The translations under genes and the position numbers were made by a program. Shown one piece after another: positions 9,132 to 17,463 of a stretch of DNA of 64,000 bases. Source of the stretch: a virus. Taxonomy: Duplodnaviria > Caudoviricetes. The DNA lies in IMG/VR virus record IMGVR_UViG_3300012665_000962, positions 1-64,000 of that record. One strand, written 5' to 3'. How positions within the stretch are numbered: the first letter of the stretch is position 1; each line of letters starts with the position of its first letter. Under the pieces are notes generated by a model, which was not told where the DNA came from, made no database searches, and saw only the letters and a list, made by a program, of their open reading frames with translations.

Positions 9132-10207
9132 TCTTGGGTCTCCGTTTCAGGTTCAACAATTGTAGTTATCTCTGATACGGAATTTTCGCCATGTTTAGAA
9201 ATGTCTGCCATCATAATGGTAAGACCGTCCTTCTCATTTTTCTCCCAAGCCTTGCGGAACTGCTTGATAATTTCACCGTCTTTGGTTACATATACAAGAC
9301 TGTTTCCTTCTTTCTTGAGCATACCTTTAGCTTCAAACAAGTCGACTAATCCACTATATGGACTCATACCTGTTTCATAAGGAATTTCGACTTGTACACT
9401 TTCAAATGGTTTTGCGTAACGTGTTTTCATAATCTTACAAGCAGCACGGATTCCGTTTACTGTTGTAGTCTTATTACCATCGGCATCTGTTTTAAGTTTA
9501 AGTTTACGCATAGCAACAACAATTGAACTTGCGTAAATGAAACCTTGACCGCCTGAAATTTTATCGTCTGGATCAAACATATCTTGGCTTGCGTATGTGT
9601 GATTAGTTGCTACTAAACCAACGTTAGCAGCACCAAACATATTAACACAATTACGAACCAGTGCTGTTAGTGCTTTAGGCTTACGGCCCATGTCACCTTT
9701 TAAGTCACCTGCTTCAAACTGATTAACGTCTGTTGGGGTTAACAACATGCCTAGTGAATCGATCACAAACAACACCTTAGGGCGATCTTCATCAGCCATT
9801 GCTTTGTATTCGCCCATGAATTCGTGAATAGTTTTTGCTACATCATCGATCATCGCCATGTTAAGTTTTAACAACTTACCTTCGCTGGTGTCAACACCTA
9901 GTGCGTGTAACCATTTCTCGTCAAGTGCGTTTTCACTATCAATTAAGATAGGATAAATGCCTTGTTCTTGTGCTGCCTTAATAAGGTTACCTGAACAGAT
10001 GTATGATTTACCTGCGCCAGACTCACCAGCAAATACTGTTACTTTGCCTAGCGGAACTCCGCGATTAAAGTTGCCGCTGATCAAATAGTTTAAGGCATAA
10101 TTGCCTGTTGAGATCCAGTCTGTTGGATCGTTAAAACCAATACTAAGACCTTCAATAGATTTAGTTATTGATTTTCTAAATTTAGAAATATCGAATGCTT
10201 TTGTCAT
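9128..10207 (-). CDS. uvsX: RecA/UvsX recombinase, 359 aa
   Basis: Walker A GESGAGKS, LIDSE, VIDSLG Walker B, SGGQG loop. Confidence 0.95.
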   Translation of the reverse strand: MTKAFDISKFRKSITKSIEGLSIGFNDPTDWISTGNYALNYLISGNFNRGVPLGKVTVFAGESGAGKSYICSGNLIKAAQEQGIYPILIDSENALDEKWLHALGVDTSEGKLLKLNMAMIDDVAKTIHEFMGEYKAMADEDRPKVLFVIDSLGMLLTPTDVNQFEAGDLKGDMGRKPKALTALVRNCVNMFGAANVGLVATNHTYASQDMFDPDDKISGGQGFIYASSIVVAMRKLKLKTDADGNKTTTVNGIRAACKIMKTRYAKPFESVQVEIPYETGMSPYSGLVDLFEAKGMLKKEGNSLVYVTKDGEIIKQFRKAWEKNEKDGLTIMMADISKHGENSVSEITTIVEPETETQE

Positions 10208-10227
10208 TATTATAGCCCTGTTGAGAA

Positions 10228-10256
10228 ATAGAGCGTGGCATTACGCCACACTCTAT
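10228..10256 (-). terminator. 12-bp hairpin between gp32 and uvsX
   Basis: minus ATAGAGTGTGGC-GTAAT-GCCACGCTCTAT followed by TTCTC; weak U-tract, so it may be a partial terminator or stabilising hairpin. Confidence 0.5.
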
Positions 10257-10267
10257 GTTTAGTCATA

Positions 10268-11245
10268 TTACTTCTGACGGTTACGAATCATGGCAAGGAT
10301 GTCTTGCGCACGACTGTTATTTTCAGAAGCAGGGGCTGCTGATTGAGCATCTGCTACTGGAGCAGGACGACTTACTGCTGGAGCAGGTTCGTCATCAACA
10401 ACATCGTCAGCAACAGCCGCTGGACGTGATGATGCCTTTAAAGGATCACCAGTTGCTTGGCTCATGCCTGCTGGTTTGAAGTATTGACCCCAACGATCCA
10501 TGTCAAAAGCTTCGCCATCAACAGATGCTTCAAACATCTCTTTGATAACTTTAAGTTCAACATCGGTTGGTTTCTTAGGTAAGAAATCTTTGAGATTAAA
10601 CAAGCCATGTGTTTCAATTGCTGCTGCTTCTTCGGCTGATAGAGCACGTTCGTTACGTGACCATTTGCTTGTAGAATAATCAGCATAGCCACCTTTAGAT
10701 GTCTTAGCAATACGGAAATCTACACCGTGTAAGAAATCTGTTGGCAACTCATTGAGTTCTGGATCCATTAATGCTGAACGGATAATCTGATAGATCTGAG
10801 GACCAATGATAAATCTACGAATTGGGTTTTCTGGTGTCGTATCTTCAGCGATAGGACTTTTCACTACGTAGCCTTGGAAAATGTATGAACGCTTTTTCCA
10901 GTATCTACGGCCCATGTCTTCTAACGACTTGTCTTTGAACCAGCCACGTACTTCTGAAAGAATTGGACATGTCTCATTCCACATTTCCATACATGGGACT
11001 TGTACTTGTACTGGCTTGCTGCCTGTGTCGCCTTTGATTCCAGCGAATGGCAATTTGATCATCGCACGTTCTGCCCAGAAGAATGTGTTAGACGAATCAC
11101 CGTCTGGCAAGAAACGAATAGTTGCTTCTTTACCTTCTTCCATGTTCCAGTGTGGATAAATTGCGTTGTCGCCGCCGCTTGATTTGCCGCTTGGGCCTGT
11201 TTGTGCTTCTTGAAGTTTCGCACGAATTTCTGCTAATGTTGCCAT
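10268..11245 (-). CDS. Single-stranded DNA-binding protein, T4 gp32-like, 325 aa
   Basis: IRFLPD, CMEMW...CPI, YWKKRSYI, KGGYADYSTSKW, low-complexity C-terminal tail; adjacent to uvsX. Confidence 0.85.
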   Translation of the reverse strand: MATLAEIRAKLQEAQTGPSGKSSGGDNAIYPHWNMEEGKEATIRFLPDGDSSNTFFWAERAMIKLPFAGIKGDTGSKPVQVQVPCMEMWNETCPILSEVRGWFKDKSLEDMGRRYWKKRSYIFQGYVVKSPIAEDTTPENPIRRFIIGPQIYQIIRSALMDPELNELPTDFLHGVDFRIAKTSKGGYADYSTSKWSRNERALSAEEAAAIETHGLFNLKDFLPKKPTDVELKVIKEMFEASVDGEAFDMDRWGQYFKPAGMSQATGDPLKASSRPAAVADDVVDDEPAPAVSRPAPVADAQSAAPASENNSRAQDILAMIRNRQK

Positions 11246-11301
11246 TTTAAATGCCTCCTTGTGTTATGCCTAAAATGTTATGCCTTGTACGCATATGTTA
11301 T

Positions 11302-11330
11302 ATTATGCGCTTTTTATTTAGCAAGGTCAA
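11302..11330 (-). promoter_or_regulatory. Sigma70-type promoter for gp32 with a nested TAAATA (11315-11320)
   Basis: minus TTGACC-17 nt (ttgcTAAATAaaaagcg)-CATAAT. Confidence 0.7.
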
Positions 11331-11355
11331 GTATATATCAAGATATTTTTTCACC

Positions 11356-11389
11356 AAACAAAAAACCTGGATTTTTAAGCCCAGGTTTT
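11356..11389 (-). terminator. Intrinsic terminator-like hairpin
   Basis: aaaacctgg (11362-11370) / ccaggtttt (11381-11389), with U-run on the minus strand. Confidence 0.6.
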
Positions 11390-11551
11390 GTTGTATTTTT
11401 TTAAAGCTAACTGCCTAGCTAGCCATAATCTAAATTTTATGTAATCTGATAAATCATCGTGTATGACTTTTCCAAACTTGTGAATATTTCGATTACGGCC
11501 AAAAGTAACTTCGTCGTCGACAACAATATCACTGTCGTCTAGGTCGTTTTT
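11375..11551 (-). other. Protein-like open frame with no start codon of its own after the upstream stop (frameshift extension or gene remnant)
   Basis: KNDLDDSDIVVDDEVTFGRNR...LSDYIKFRLWLARQLALKKYNKTWA; no in-frame ATG/GTG/TTG downstream of stop 11550-11552; ends inside the terminator. Confidence 0.4.
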
Positions 11552-11777
11552 ACTTAGCGGCTGGAGCTGCGGCTTTGCTAGCTTCAGCGGCTGCTTTAGC
11601 TGGCTCTTTCTTTGCAGGCTCACTTTTAGCGGCTGGGGCTTTAGCGTCTTTAGCTGGCGCTGCTGGAGCGGCTGCTGCTGGCTTAGCTTCTACCTTCTTT
11701 TCTTCTTTCTTAGCTGGTTCTGCTGCGAAAGCTGATACTGCGAACAATGATGCTACTAGAGTTGCGATTAATTTCAT
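11550..11777 (-). CDS. Small exported Ala/Lys/Pro-rich protein with signal peptide, 75 aa
   Basis: MKLIATLVASLFAVSAFA|AE Sec signal with A-x-A site; SD AAGGA upstream. Confidence 0.8.
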   Translation of the reverse strand: MKLIATLVASLFAVSAFAAEPAKKEEKKVEAKPAAAAPAAPAKDAKAPAAKSEPAKKEPAKAAAEASKAAAPAAK

Positions 11778-11867
11778 TTGAAATTTTTCCTTTTAAAATA
11801 CACAGAAATATTCCTGTGTTATATATTAAACGCCTATCTTGACAAAATCGTTTACTTTAATTTAGCC

Positions 11868-11895
11868 AAAAAAATAGGGCACCGAAGTGCCCTAT
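11868..11895 (-). terminator. Intrinsic terminator with cUUCGg tetraloop
   Basis: minus ATAGGGCAC-TTCG-GTGCCCTAT-TTTTTT. Confidence 0.85.
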
Positions 11896-11909
11896 ATTTA
11901 CATTACATG

Positions 11910-13799
11910 TTATAAGCCTGATAATTTTTTGATTCTTTCTAAATCACTGTTTGATGAGTTTTGAAGTACCTGTTGATTACCAGCTAGTTTTCGTTGATCT
12001 AATCTACCAATCATTTCCTGAGCTAGTATCGCTGCCTTGTCACCATATTTTTTACCACACATGGTTACGATTGCTGTTTGGCCTTTTGGAAATTCTTCGT
12101 TTTGTTTATCATAGAATGAGCCTATAAATGCTGCCAATTCAGTAATATTCAAAGATTCTTCTTGACCTGTGCGCTTACGGAAATCTCTAGCATGACGGTC
12201 GTCATGTTTTTTAGGATCTGGTAAGCGATATTTGTCTGTGCCTTTACCACGTTGTGCTGGCGATAAATCGTAGTCATCTTGTTTGTCATACTCTGGATGA
12301 TTTGGATCGCTGGCTTCGTATTGATCGTTGCCATAGTCGCCGTAGTCTTCATCTGAGCCATAGCCTGCCGATGCTAGTGCGTAACCGTCGTCAGTTTCGC
12401 CGCCTTCATCGCTGCCGTTTGGCATGTCCATGTCGCCAAAATCTAATTCATCAATAACTTCTGGTGCGTTGTCCTGTAACCATTGGTATACTAATGGACG
12501 TACACAAGTGTCTGAATCTTCTTTGGCTGCTTGTTTTATTTCTTGGTGTAATTGTGGATCGTCAATAATGCCTTTGAGACTGCCAATAGCATTTGAGCCA
12601 TCTACGCCTGCTGAAAAATGTTCGTCTACTAATTTTTGTAATTCTTCAATAGCAGCGGTTTTTTCTTCTTCATCACCGCTGAGTATTGCTGATTCTTCGC
12701 CTAAATTCAAAACCCAAGATTCGAAGTTTTCAAAATCATTTTCAAATGTGTATGTTGTGCTTAGGTCTTGTTCTTCTACAGCTTCTTGTGTCATTGCGAC
12801 TATGTCGTCATAGCCTAATCCGTTGTCTTCCTCTCTCATTAGATTATAAATCAATGGGAATACACTCTTGATATCTTCTTTGAAGTTTTTAACCGTAAAT
12901 TTGTTTGTAAGATCTTCTATTACATCTTGTGGTACTTCGGCTTGTGTTTGACTTTGAAAAGTTTCTTTAAATTGATGATAATAATTTTGTCTAGCAAGTT
13001 TTTTAATTTCTTCTCTAAGAGAGTTAAGTGCCTGTCCGCTTTTTTCAACAATATTATTTGTATCGGAATTCATTAAATCGTTACGAACAACATAGTTTCC
13101 AAAATTCTTTAACTGAGCAATTTGTTCACTCATGTTAATGATATGTCGACCAATGTCGTCGTAGGGCAATCCACCTTCCTGTACGTGTCTTTGCATAGCA
13201 CGAGCACCAGCTAGATGAATAAATGGATATTTGAAACGTTCGCCTTGGCCATTTTCGATGAACATCGCGCTGATGTTTCTTGTTCTTGCTCCCGGGCTGT
13301 TTTCGTCAACTGTTTGGTTGTGCTTGATTATCAGCGTTGTGTTTTCTAATTTTTGATAGCTGGTTTTTGTGCTACCATACATGCCTTCTTTCATAATTGC
13401 TTCTCCAATGGGCGAATTGTTTGCGTACTGTGTGAGGAAAGCGTAATCTCTTTTATCAAGATTGTCTTTAGATATATCGCGAGTATCAAAACTCATTAAA
13501 CGTCTTTTAGCGAATTCTCTTAGTCCTCGTAGGAAATCGTACCAGTTAGTTTTTTGAACACTGTCCATGCCTTCGGCAATGCCGGTGCTGTAATAAACCT
13601 TCATATTAGAAGGTTCAGCAAGGCTGATACTTACATGGCCTATAGGGTTTTCACCTTCCATGTAATCAAAATCAAAAAACACAGCTTCTTCTGGGTTTAT
13701 GGTTACTTCGCCAGTTTCTGAGCCTAATTTTAAGCCAGAAAAGCGGCTTCTTATTTTATAAAATAAGTCTGTGCTTACACTTTTAAGATTATCTTCCAT
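11910..13799 (-). CDS. Large acidic hypothetical protein downstream of TerL, possibly head-associated, 629 aa
   Basis: Long ORF; start moved from TTG 13814 to ATG 13799, which lies 5 nt after TAAATA. Confidence 0.75.
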   Translation of the reverse strand: MEDNLKSVSTDLFYKIRSRFSGLKLGSETGEVTINPEEAVFFDFDYMEGENPIGHVSISLAEPSNMKVYYSTGIAEGMDSVQKTNWYDFLRGLREFAKRRLMSFDTRDISKDNLDKRDYAFLTQYANNSPIGEAIMKEGMYGSTKTSYQKLENTTLIIKHNQTVDENSPGARTRNISAMFIENGQGERFKYPFIHLAGARAMQRHVQEGGLPYDDIGRHIINMSEQIAQLKNFGNYVVRNDLMNSDTNNIVEKSGQALNSLREEIKKLARQNYYHQFKETFQSQTQAEVPQDVIEDLTNKFTVKNFKEDIKSVFPLIYNLMREEDNGLGYDDIVAMTQEAVEEQDLSTTYTFENDFENFESWVLNLGEESAILSGDEEEKTAAIEELQKLVDEHFSAGVDGSNAIGSLKGIIDDPQLHQEIKQAAKEDSDTCVRPLVYQWLQDNAPEVIDELDFGDMDMPNGSDEGGETDDGYALASAGYGSDEDYGDYGNDQYEASDPNHPEYDKQDDYDLSPAQRGKGTDKYRLPDPKKHDDRHARDFRKRTGQEESLNITELAAFIGSFYDKQNEEFPKGQTAIVTMCGKKYGDKAAILAQEMIGRLDQRKLAGNQQVLQNSSNSDLERIKKLSGL

Positions 13800-13804
13800 G
13801 TTAA

Positions 13805-13810
13805 TATTTA
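13805..13810 (-). promoter_or_regulatory. Late promoter-like TAAATA, 5 nt before ATG 13799
   Basis: minus tgaTAAATAttaacATG, abutting the TerL stop. Confidence 0.65.
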
Positions 13811-15397
13811 TCAAAATCCTGAACTGACGAAGATTGGCATAGGCATTTGATCTTCGCTTAATTTTTCTGTCATTTTATCGTAGATTTGAGGATCCCAATC
13901 ACTTAATACTCCTGCCATGCGTACAATTAACAATGTTGAGCTAACTAAATCGTCGTGCTCACCTGTTTTTGCCCCAAACCCAACTCCGTGTGCTATGAAT
14001 GTTTTAAGTTCAGAAATCAAAGGTTTTGAACTGATCTTCATTCTGTAATTTTCTAACATATTTTTTAATATGCTACAAGATGTTATTTTAGATCTGTGTG
14101 TAGTGTTGAATCCTTTGCGGAATTTTCGTATATGCCCTTTTCTTATAGGTTCGCTTAAGAATAGTCCTGGGAAGTTTTCCTCGCCAATGTCACTGATTAC
14201 AATAAGAGCCGCTTCACCTAAAGTATTGTTTTCTACCGAATAATAAATCTGTGGATTCCCGCCTAATTCTTCACCTCGAGTTTGTATATACTTACAAATT
14301 TCTCTAAGATGTTTGACCTGCGATTGTATAGGGGTTAAATTATGATGCCATTCTGCTACCTGAGTCATTGATGGCATTTCAAAAACTTGTATAGCGCCAT
14401 AGTCACCGCCTGTGCCTAGGCTAGGATCAAGTGCTACCAAATATGTGCAGCGAGGATCGATGTCTTTATACCAGCGTGTTTGTCCCATAGACATTATAGG
14501 ATCTTTGCCTTCTAATTCAGCTAGTTTTACAGCATTGATTAGAGTCTCGTCAAAGATTAAGAATTCGCAATCGAACTCACGGCGAAAACGTTCCTCGCCA
14601 ATTTTACTACGTTCAACTGCTGCCCACGCTTCGTCACGATCTGGGTGTTCGTTCCAATGAGCAAAGTAAGAGAAAAATCCGTTTACACCTAATTCTTGTT
14701 CGTTGCCATACTCGTCGAACTTTTTATTAGCTTCAGTCCAGATCATAGCAAATTGATCTTCGTCTGAGTTAGGTGTTGATGTTATAATAGCACGACCACC
14801 TGTTGACAACGTAGGACTTAACGCAGTCCAGAATTCTTTGGCTTTTTCTGGCGGTTGTACAAACGCAAACTCATCACAGTAAATCAATGAAAGAGATTTA
14901 CCACGACCAGTATTTTCTGTTGTTGTGGTTGCTTGTATTCGAGCACCGTTGTCAAATTCAATAGTATTCCTATTGTAGCTAATAACGCCAGCACGAATAA
15001 AATCTGGTAGGTTTTCGTACCCATACCTATAACGATTCATAATGTCCTGCGCACCTTCGTACTTGTGAGCAGCAATTAGTACCTGTGCTTCAGGAACAAA
15101 TTGTGTAAACCAAAGCAAATAGCCACACGCACAGGTTGTTTTGCCCATCTGTCGCGGTAACATCGCAATCACATCTTTGTGTGAATGGTATGCTTCGATT
15201 AATCTAACCTGATAGTCATACGGTTCAAAGTCAATAGCACCTCTAACAGGATGCTGTATTTTTAAAAAGTTACGCATGAAATACAATGGACCTGTAACAG
15301 GATCCATACATGCTTCTAGATGTTTTACTTCTTCAAGGGTATACCGTTCAGGTTTATGTGCCTTCTTGATTAATACGCCGTCTAGTGATTTTGCCAT
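13811..15397 (-). CDS. terL: Terminase large subunit (T4 gp17-like), 528 aa
   Basis: LPRQMGKTT Walker A, IYCDEFAF Walker B, ITSTPN coupling motif, VALDPSLG and HDDLV nuclease motifs. Confidence 0.95.
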   Translation of the reverse strand: MAKSLDGVLIKKAHKPERYTLEEVKHLEACMDPVTGPLYFMRNFLKIQHPVRGAIDFEPYDYQVRLIEAYHSHKDVIAMLPRQMGKTTCACGYLLWFTQFVPEAQVLIAAHKYEGAQDIMNRYRYGYENLPDFIRAGVISYNRNTIEFDNGARIQATTTTENTGRGKSLSLIYCDEFAFVQPPEKAKEFWTALSPTLSTGGRAIITSTPNSDEDQFAMIWTEANKKFDEYGNEQELGVNGFFSYFAHWNEHPDRDEAWAAVERSKIGEERFRREFDCEFLIFDETLINAVKLAELEGKDPIMSMGQTRWYKDIDPRCTYLVALDPSLGTGGDYGAIQVFEMPSMTQVAEWHHNLTPIQSQVKHLREICKYIQTRGEELGGNPQIYYSVENNTLGEAALIVISDIGEENFPGLFLSEPIRKGHIRKFRKGFNTTHRSKITSCSILKNMLENYRMKISSKPLISELKTFIAHGVGFGAKTGEHDDLVSSTLLIVRMAGVLSDWDPQIYDKMTEKLSEDQMPMPIFVSSGF

Positions 15398-15402
15398 ACT
15401 AA

Positions 15403-15408
15403 TATTTA
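15403..15408 (-). promoter_or_regulatory. Late promoter-like TAAATA, 5 nt before terL ATG
   Basis: minus agTAAATAttagtATG. Confidence 0.65.
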
Positions 15409-15411
15409 CTG

Positions 15412-15439
15412 AAAAAAATAGGCTCCGTAGAGCCTATTT
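15412..15439 (-). terminator. Intrinsic terminator with cUACGg tetraloop
   Basis: minus AAATAGGCTC-TACG-GAGCCTATTT-TTTT. Confidence 0.85.
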
Positions 15440-15454
15440 GGATCTTATAATGTG

Positions 15455-15961
15455 TTATTGTTTTTTATGTTCAGCTAGTTGAGCTAGTAATTGTGCTTTG
15501 ATACTGCTGACTAGGTTGCTGTTTTCGCCAACGTTCATTGGGTTATCACCGCCAGCAGTTGCTGGAAATGCTCGTTTGCGTTTATGAATATCATTGCCGT
15601 CAGGAATAGAAGCAGAAATATCTTTGTATTCTGGATTAGGCGCAGTAGTGGCTGTGTCAAACCCGTCTTCTAATTCAACGTCGTCACCTGGTTTTTTAGC
15701 CATAGCCAATTTCATTACCGGGTCGCTCATGCTAGGCATTGGCTCTGCTGTCTTTGGCATCATGTCAGGATTAACCTTAGTCATCAATTTAAATAGACTT
15801 TCTATGTTATCCATGCCCTGCGCATTTAGGTTGATACTTACACTTGGTGGAGGTGTTGTTGGTGTCGAGTCCATGCTAGGCGCCATGCCGCATTCTTCGT
15901 TAACCTGTGCTTTGGGCTGATCTAACTCAGCTATTTTTTTGTAGATATCATGAAAGTTCAT
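15455..15961 (-). CDS. Hypothetical protein, possibly head-associated, 168 aa
   Basis: SD GGAG; TAATG coupling to upstream gene; low-complexity Pro/Thr/Met sequence. Confidence 0.7.
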   Translation of the reverse strand: MNFHDIYKKIAELDQPKAQVNEECGMAPSMDSTPTTPPPSVSINLNAQGMDNIESLFKLMTKVNPDMMPKTAEPMPSMSDPVMKLAMAKKPGDDVELEDGFDTATTAPNPEYKDISASIPDGNDIHKRKRAFPATAGGDNPMNVGENSNLVSSIKAQLLAQLAEHKKQ

Positions 15962-16527
15962 TATTTGCTCCCGACAGCACTGTTAGTACCTGCCTTGTCT
16001 TCTTTGTGTTTAGGTAATTTGTATTCTACGTTTTGCCCTTCATCTTTTTTACGAGCTTTAGCTTCTTTGGCAATGTCTTTTAAAAAGTTTGTTACGTGGT
16101 CGTCGCCAAAATAATCCTTATGACGGATTTTTTCTGGGTCTGTTAAATCTGTGTTTAGCAAGGCTTTGCCGCTGGGCTGTGCTGGATCAAAATAACTTTC
16201 TTCTGCAGGGTCATTTAAATTTCTAACACGGAAATGGCTTTCTGGCATTCCTGTGAATTCACGAATCTGTATAGATATTTGTTGTGGTGTTACAGGGTAT
16301 TCGCATTCAGCTTCAAACATTGTTACTTCGATGTTTTTTAATTCTGGAAAATCTAATGCTGTAGGACGAATAGGTGTTGTAGTTGATTTTTCAACTTTCA
16401 TACAACTGTACTTTGCCAACCCTGATTTGACTTTATCGGCAAACCCTTCCGCTAGATTACCGGCTACCTTGATACGGAAACCATATGTTTTCTTGCTTTC
16501 GGTAAGATATTCATTAAATGTTTTCAT
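15961..16527 (-). CDS. Hypothetical protein with T4 capsid-targeting-like N-terminus (MKTFNEYLTE), candidate internal head protein
   Basis: Start moved to the second ATG (16527), 5 nt after TAAATA at 16533-16538. Confidence 0.7.
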   Translation of the reverse strand: MKTFNEYLTESKKTYGFRIKVAGNLAEGFADKVKSGLAKYSCMKVEKSTTTPIRPTALDFPELKNIEVTMFEAECEYPVTPQQISIQIREFTGMPESHFRVRNLNDPAEESYFDPAQPSGKALLNTDLTDPEKIRHKDYFGDDHVTNFLKDIAKEAKARKKDEGQNVEYKLPKHKEDKAGTNSAVGSK

Positions 16528-16532
16528 ACTCA

Positions 16533-16538
16533 TATTTA
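16533..16538 (-). promoter_or_regulatory. Late promoter-like TAAATA overlapping the upstream TAA stop
   Basis: minus caTAAATAtgagtATG. Confidence 0.65.
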
Positions 16539-17015
16539 TGCTTTTCCTGAAAGTTTTTTAAGAAGCTCGTTACGATCAGTAATAACGTACCCTTGCCCGT
16601 TAAGCATATTTCCGTCATCTTCTCCCGCATCTTTATCTATTTTGAGCTTTCTAAGTTTTAATTCTACTGACTTTAATTTTTTGTCAATTTTTGCTGACTT
16701 AGCATCTATAGCATTTTTCATCATAGTGCCAGCTACTTCAAAAATACGGCCACTGTATCGAACTTCTACGTTCATACCTAAATCCATTAAATCGTCGTAG
16801 GCTAATTCTGCTTTTTTTGCTAAATCGTCTAGATCTTTTTCATCTAAATTCTCAAGGTCGTCGATAGCTGGCAATGTTCCGGCTATATTTTCAATTTCCT
16901 TGTAGCTGCGTTCAAGACTGCGTACTTGATCTTTTGACTCCTCGGTATCTGCTATAGGCGCGACTTCCGGAGTTGGAGTATCAAGATTAAAAAGTTCTTC
17001 TAATTTTTTAGTCAT
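16536..17015 (-). CDS. Probable terminase small subunit (T4-like gp16 family), 159 aa
   Basis: RIFEVAGTMMKNAID resembles the R.YEV.GQL.K motif I recall from T4-like TerS; coiled-coil middle; VITDRNELLKKL tail. Confidence 0.55.
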   Translation of the reverse strand: MTKKLEELFNLDTPTPEVAPIADTEESKDQVRSLERSYKEIENIAGTLPAIDDLENLDEKDLDDLAKKAELAYDDLMDLGMNVEVRYSGRIFEVAGTMMKNAIDAKSAKIDKKLKSVELKLRKLKIDKDAGEDDGNMLNGQGYVITDRNELLKKLSGKA

Positions 17016-17019
17016 ACTT

Positions 17020-17025
17020 TACTTA
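17020..17025 (-). promoter_or_regulatory. Late promoter variant TAAGTA, 4 nt before ATG 17015
   Basis: minus gaTAAGTAaagtATG. Confidence 0.5.
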
Positions 17026-17463
17026 TCTGCGTTTTGTGCCTTTATGAAAAATATCATCTTCGTTGACTACTCGAAAACGAATTCCCTGCTGTTTACACCA
17101 AGCATTAGCAGCTTCCCATTTGGCTATATTTTTTACATATTGTTCTTGATTATACAAACTTTTTCCAACACGTTCTTTTAACATGTGGTTACTGGGTTTT
17201 ACTTCAACCACTTCAGCATGTTTGTTTTTATCTTTGTCTACATACACAACAAAAAAATCTGGAACATAAATTGTACTTTTTCCTGTTAATGGGTCTTTAT
17301 AGGGAATTTGTATACTTTCACTGGCCCAATTTTGAACTCCAGGATGTTCGTCTAACATTCGCATAAAAACAAATTCCCAACTGCTGCGAGCTAAAGGAGT
17401 TCGTTTCCCGATATATTTGTCAGGATTTTTCATTTCAAATCTTCCCTGAGCAAATTTACCCAT
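17023..17463 (-). CDS. Head completion nuclease (T4 gp4 / TnsA N-terminal-like), 146 aa
   Basis: NPDKYIG, RSSWE, WASE.I.IPY, YVPDF, EVKP, N.AKWEAA..WC. Confidence 0.9.
   Translation of the reverse strand: MGKFAQGRFEMKNPDKYIGKRTPLARSSWEFVFMRMLDEHPGVQNWASESIQIPYKDPLTGKSTIYVPDFFVVYVDKDKNKHAEVVEVKPSNHMLKERVGKSLYNQEQYVKNIAKWEAANAWCKQQGIRFRVVNEDDIFHKGTKRR

Noticed and set aside
11552-11623. Upstream part of the 82-aa ORF 11375-11623 as an independent gene
   Set aside because: Its first 24 codons are an out-of-frame reading of the AKP-rich gene with no RBS; only the distal part looks protein-like
11575-11781. Plus-strand Ala-rich 68-aa ORF
   Set aside because: Exact antisense mirror of the signal-peptide gene, which has the SD and signal sequence
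11895-11900. TAAATA just upstream of the UUCG terminator
   Set aside because: It would transcribe directly into a terminator with no ORF; likely chance in AT-rich DNA
9128-15397. Inteins or introns in uvsX or terL
   Set aside because: Both ORFs have normal length and continuous motifs
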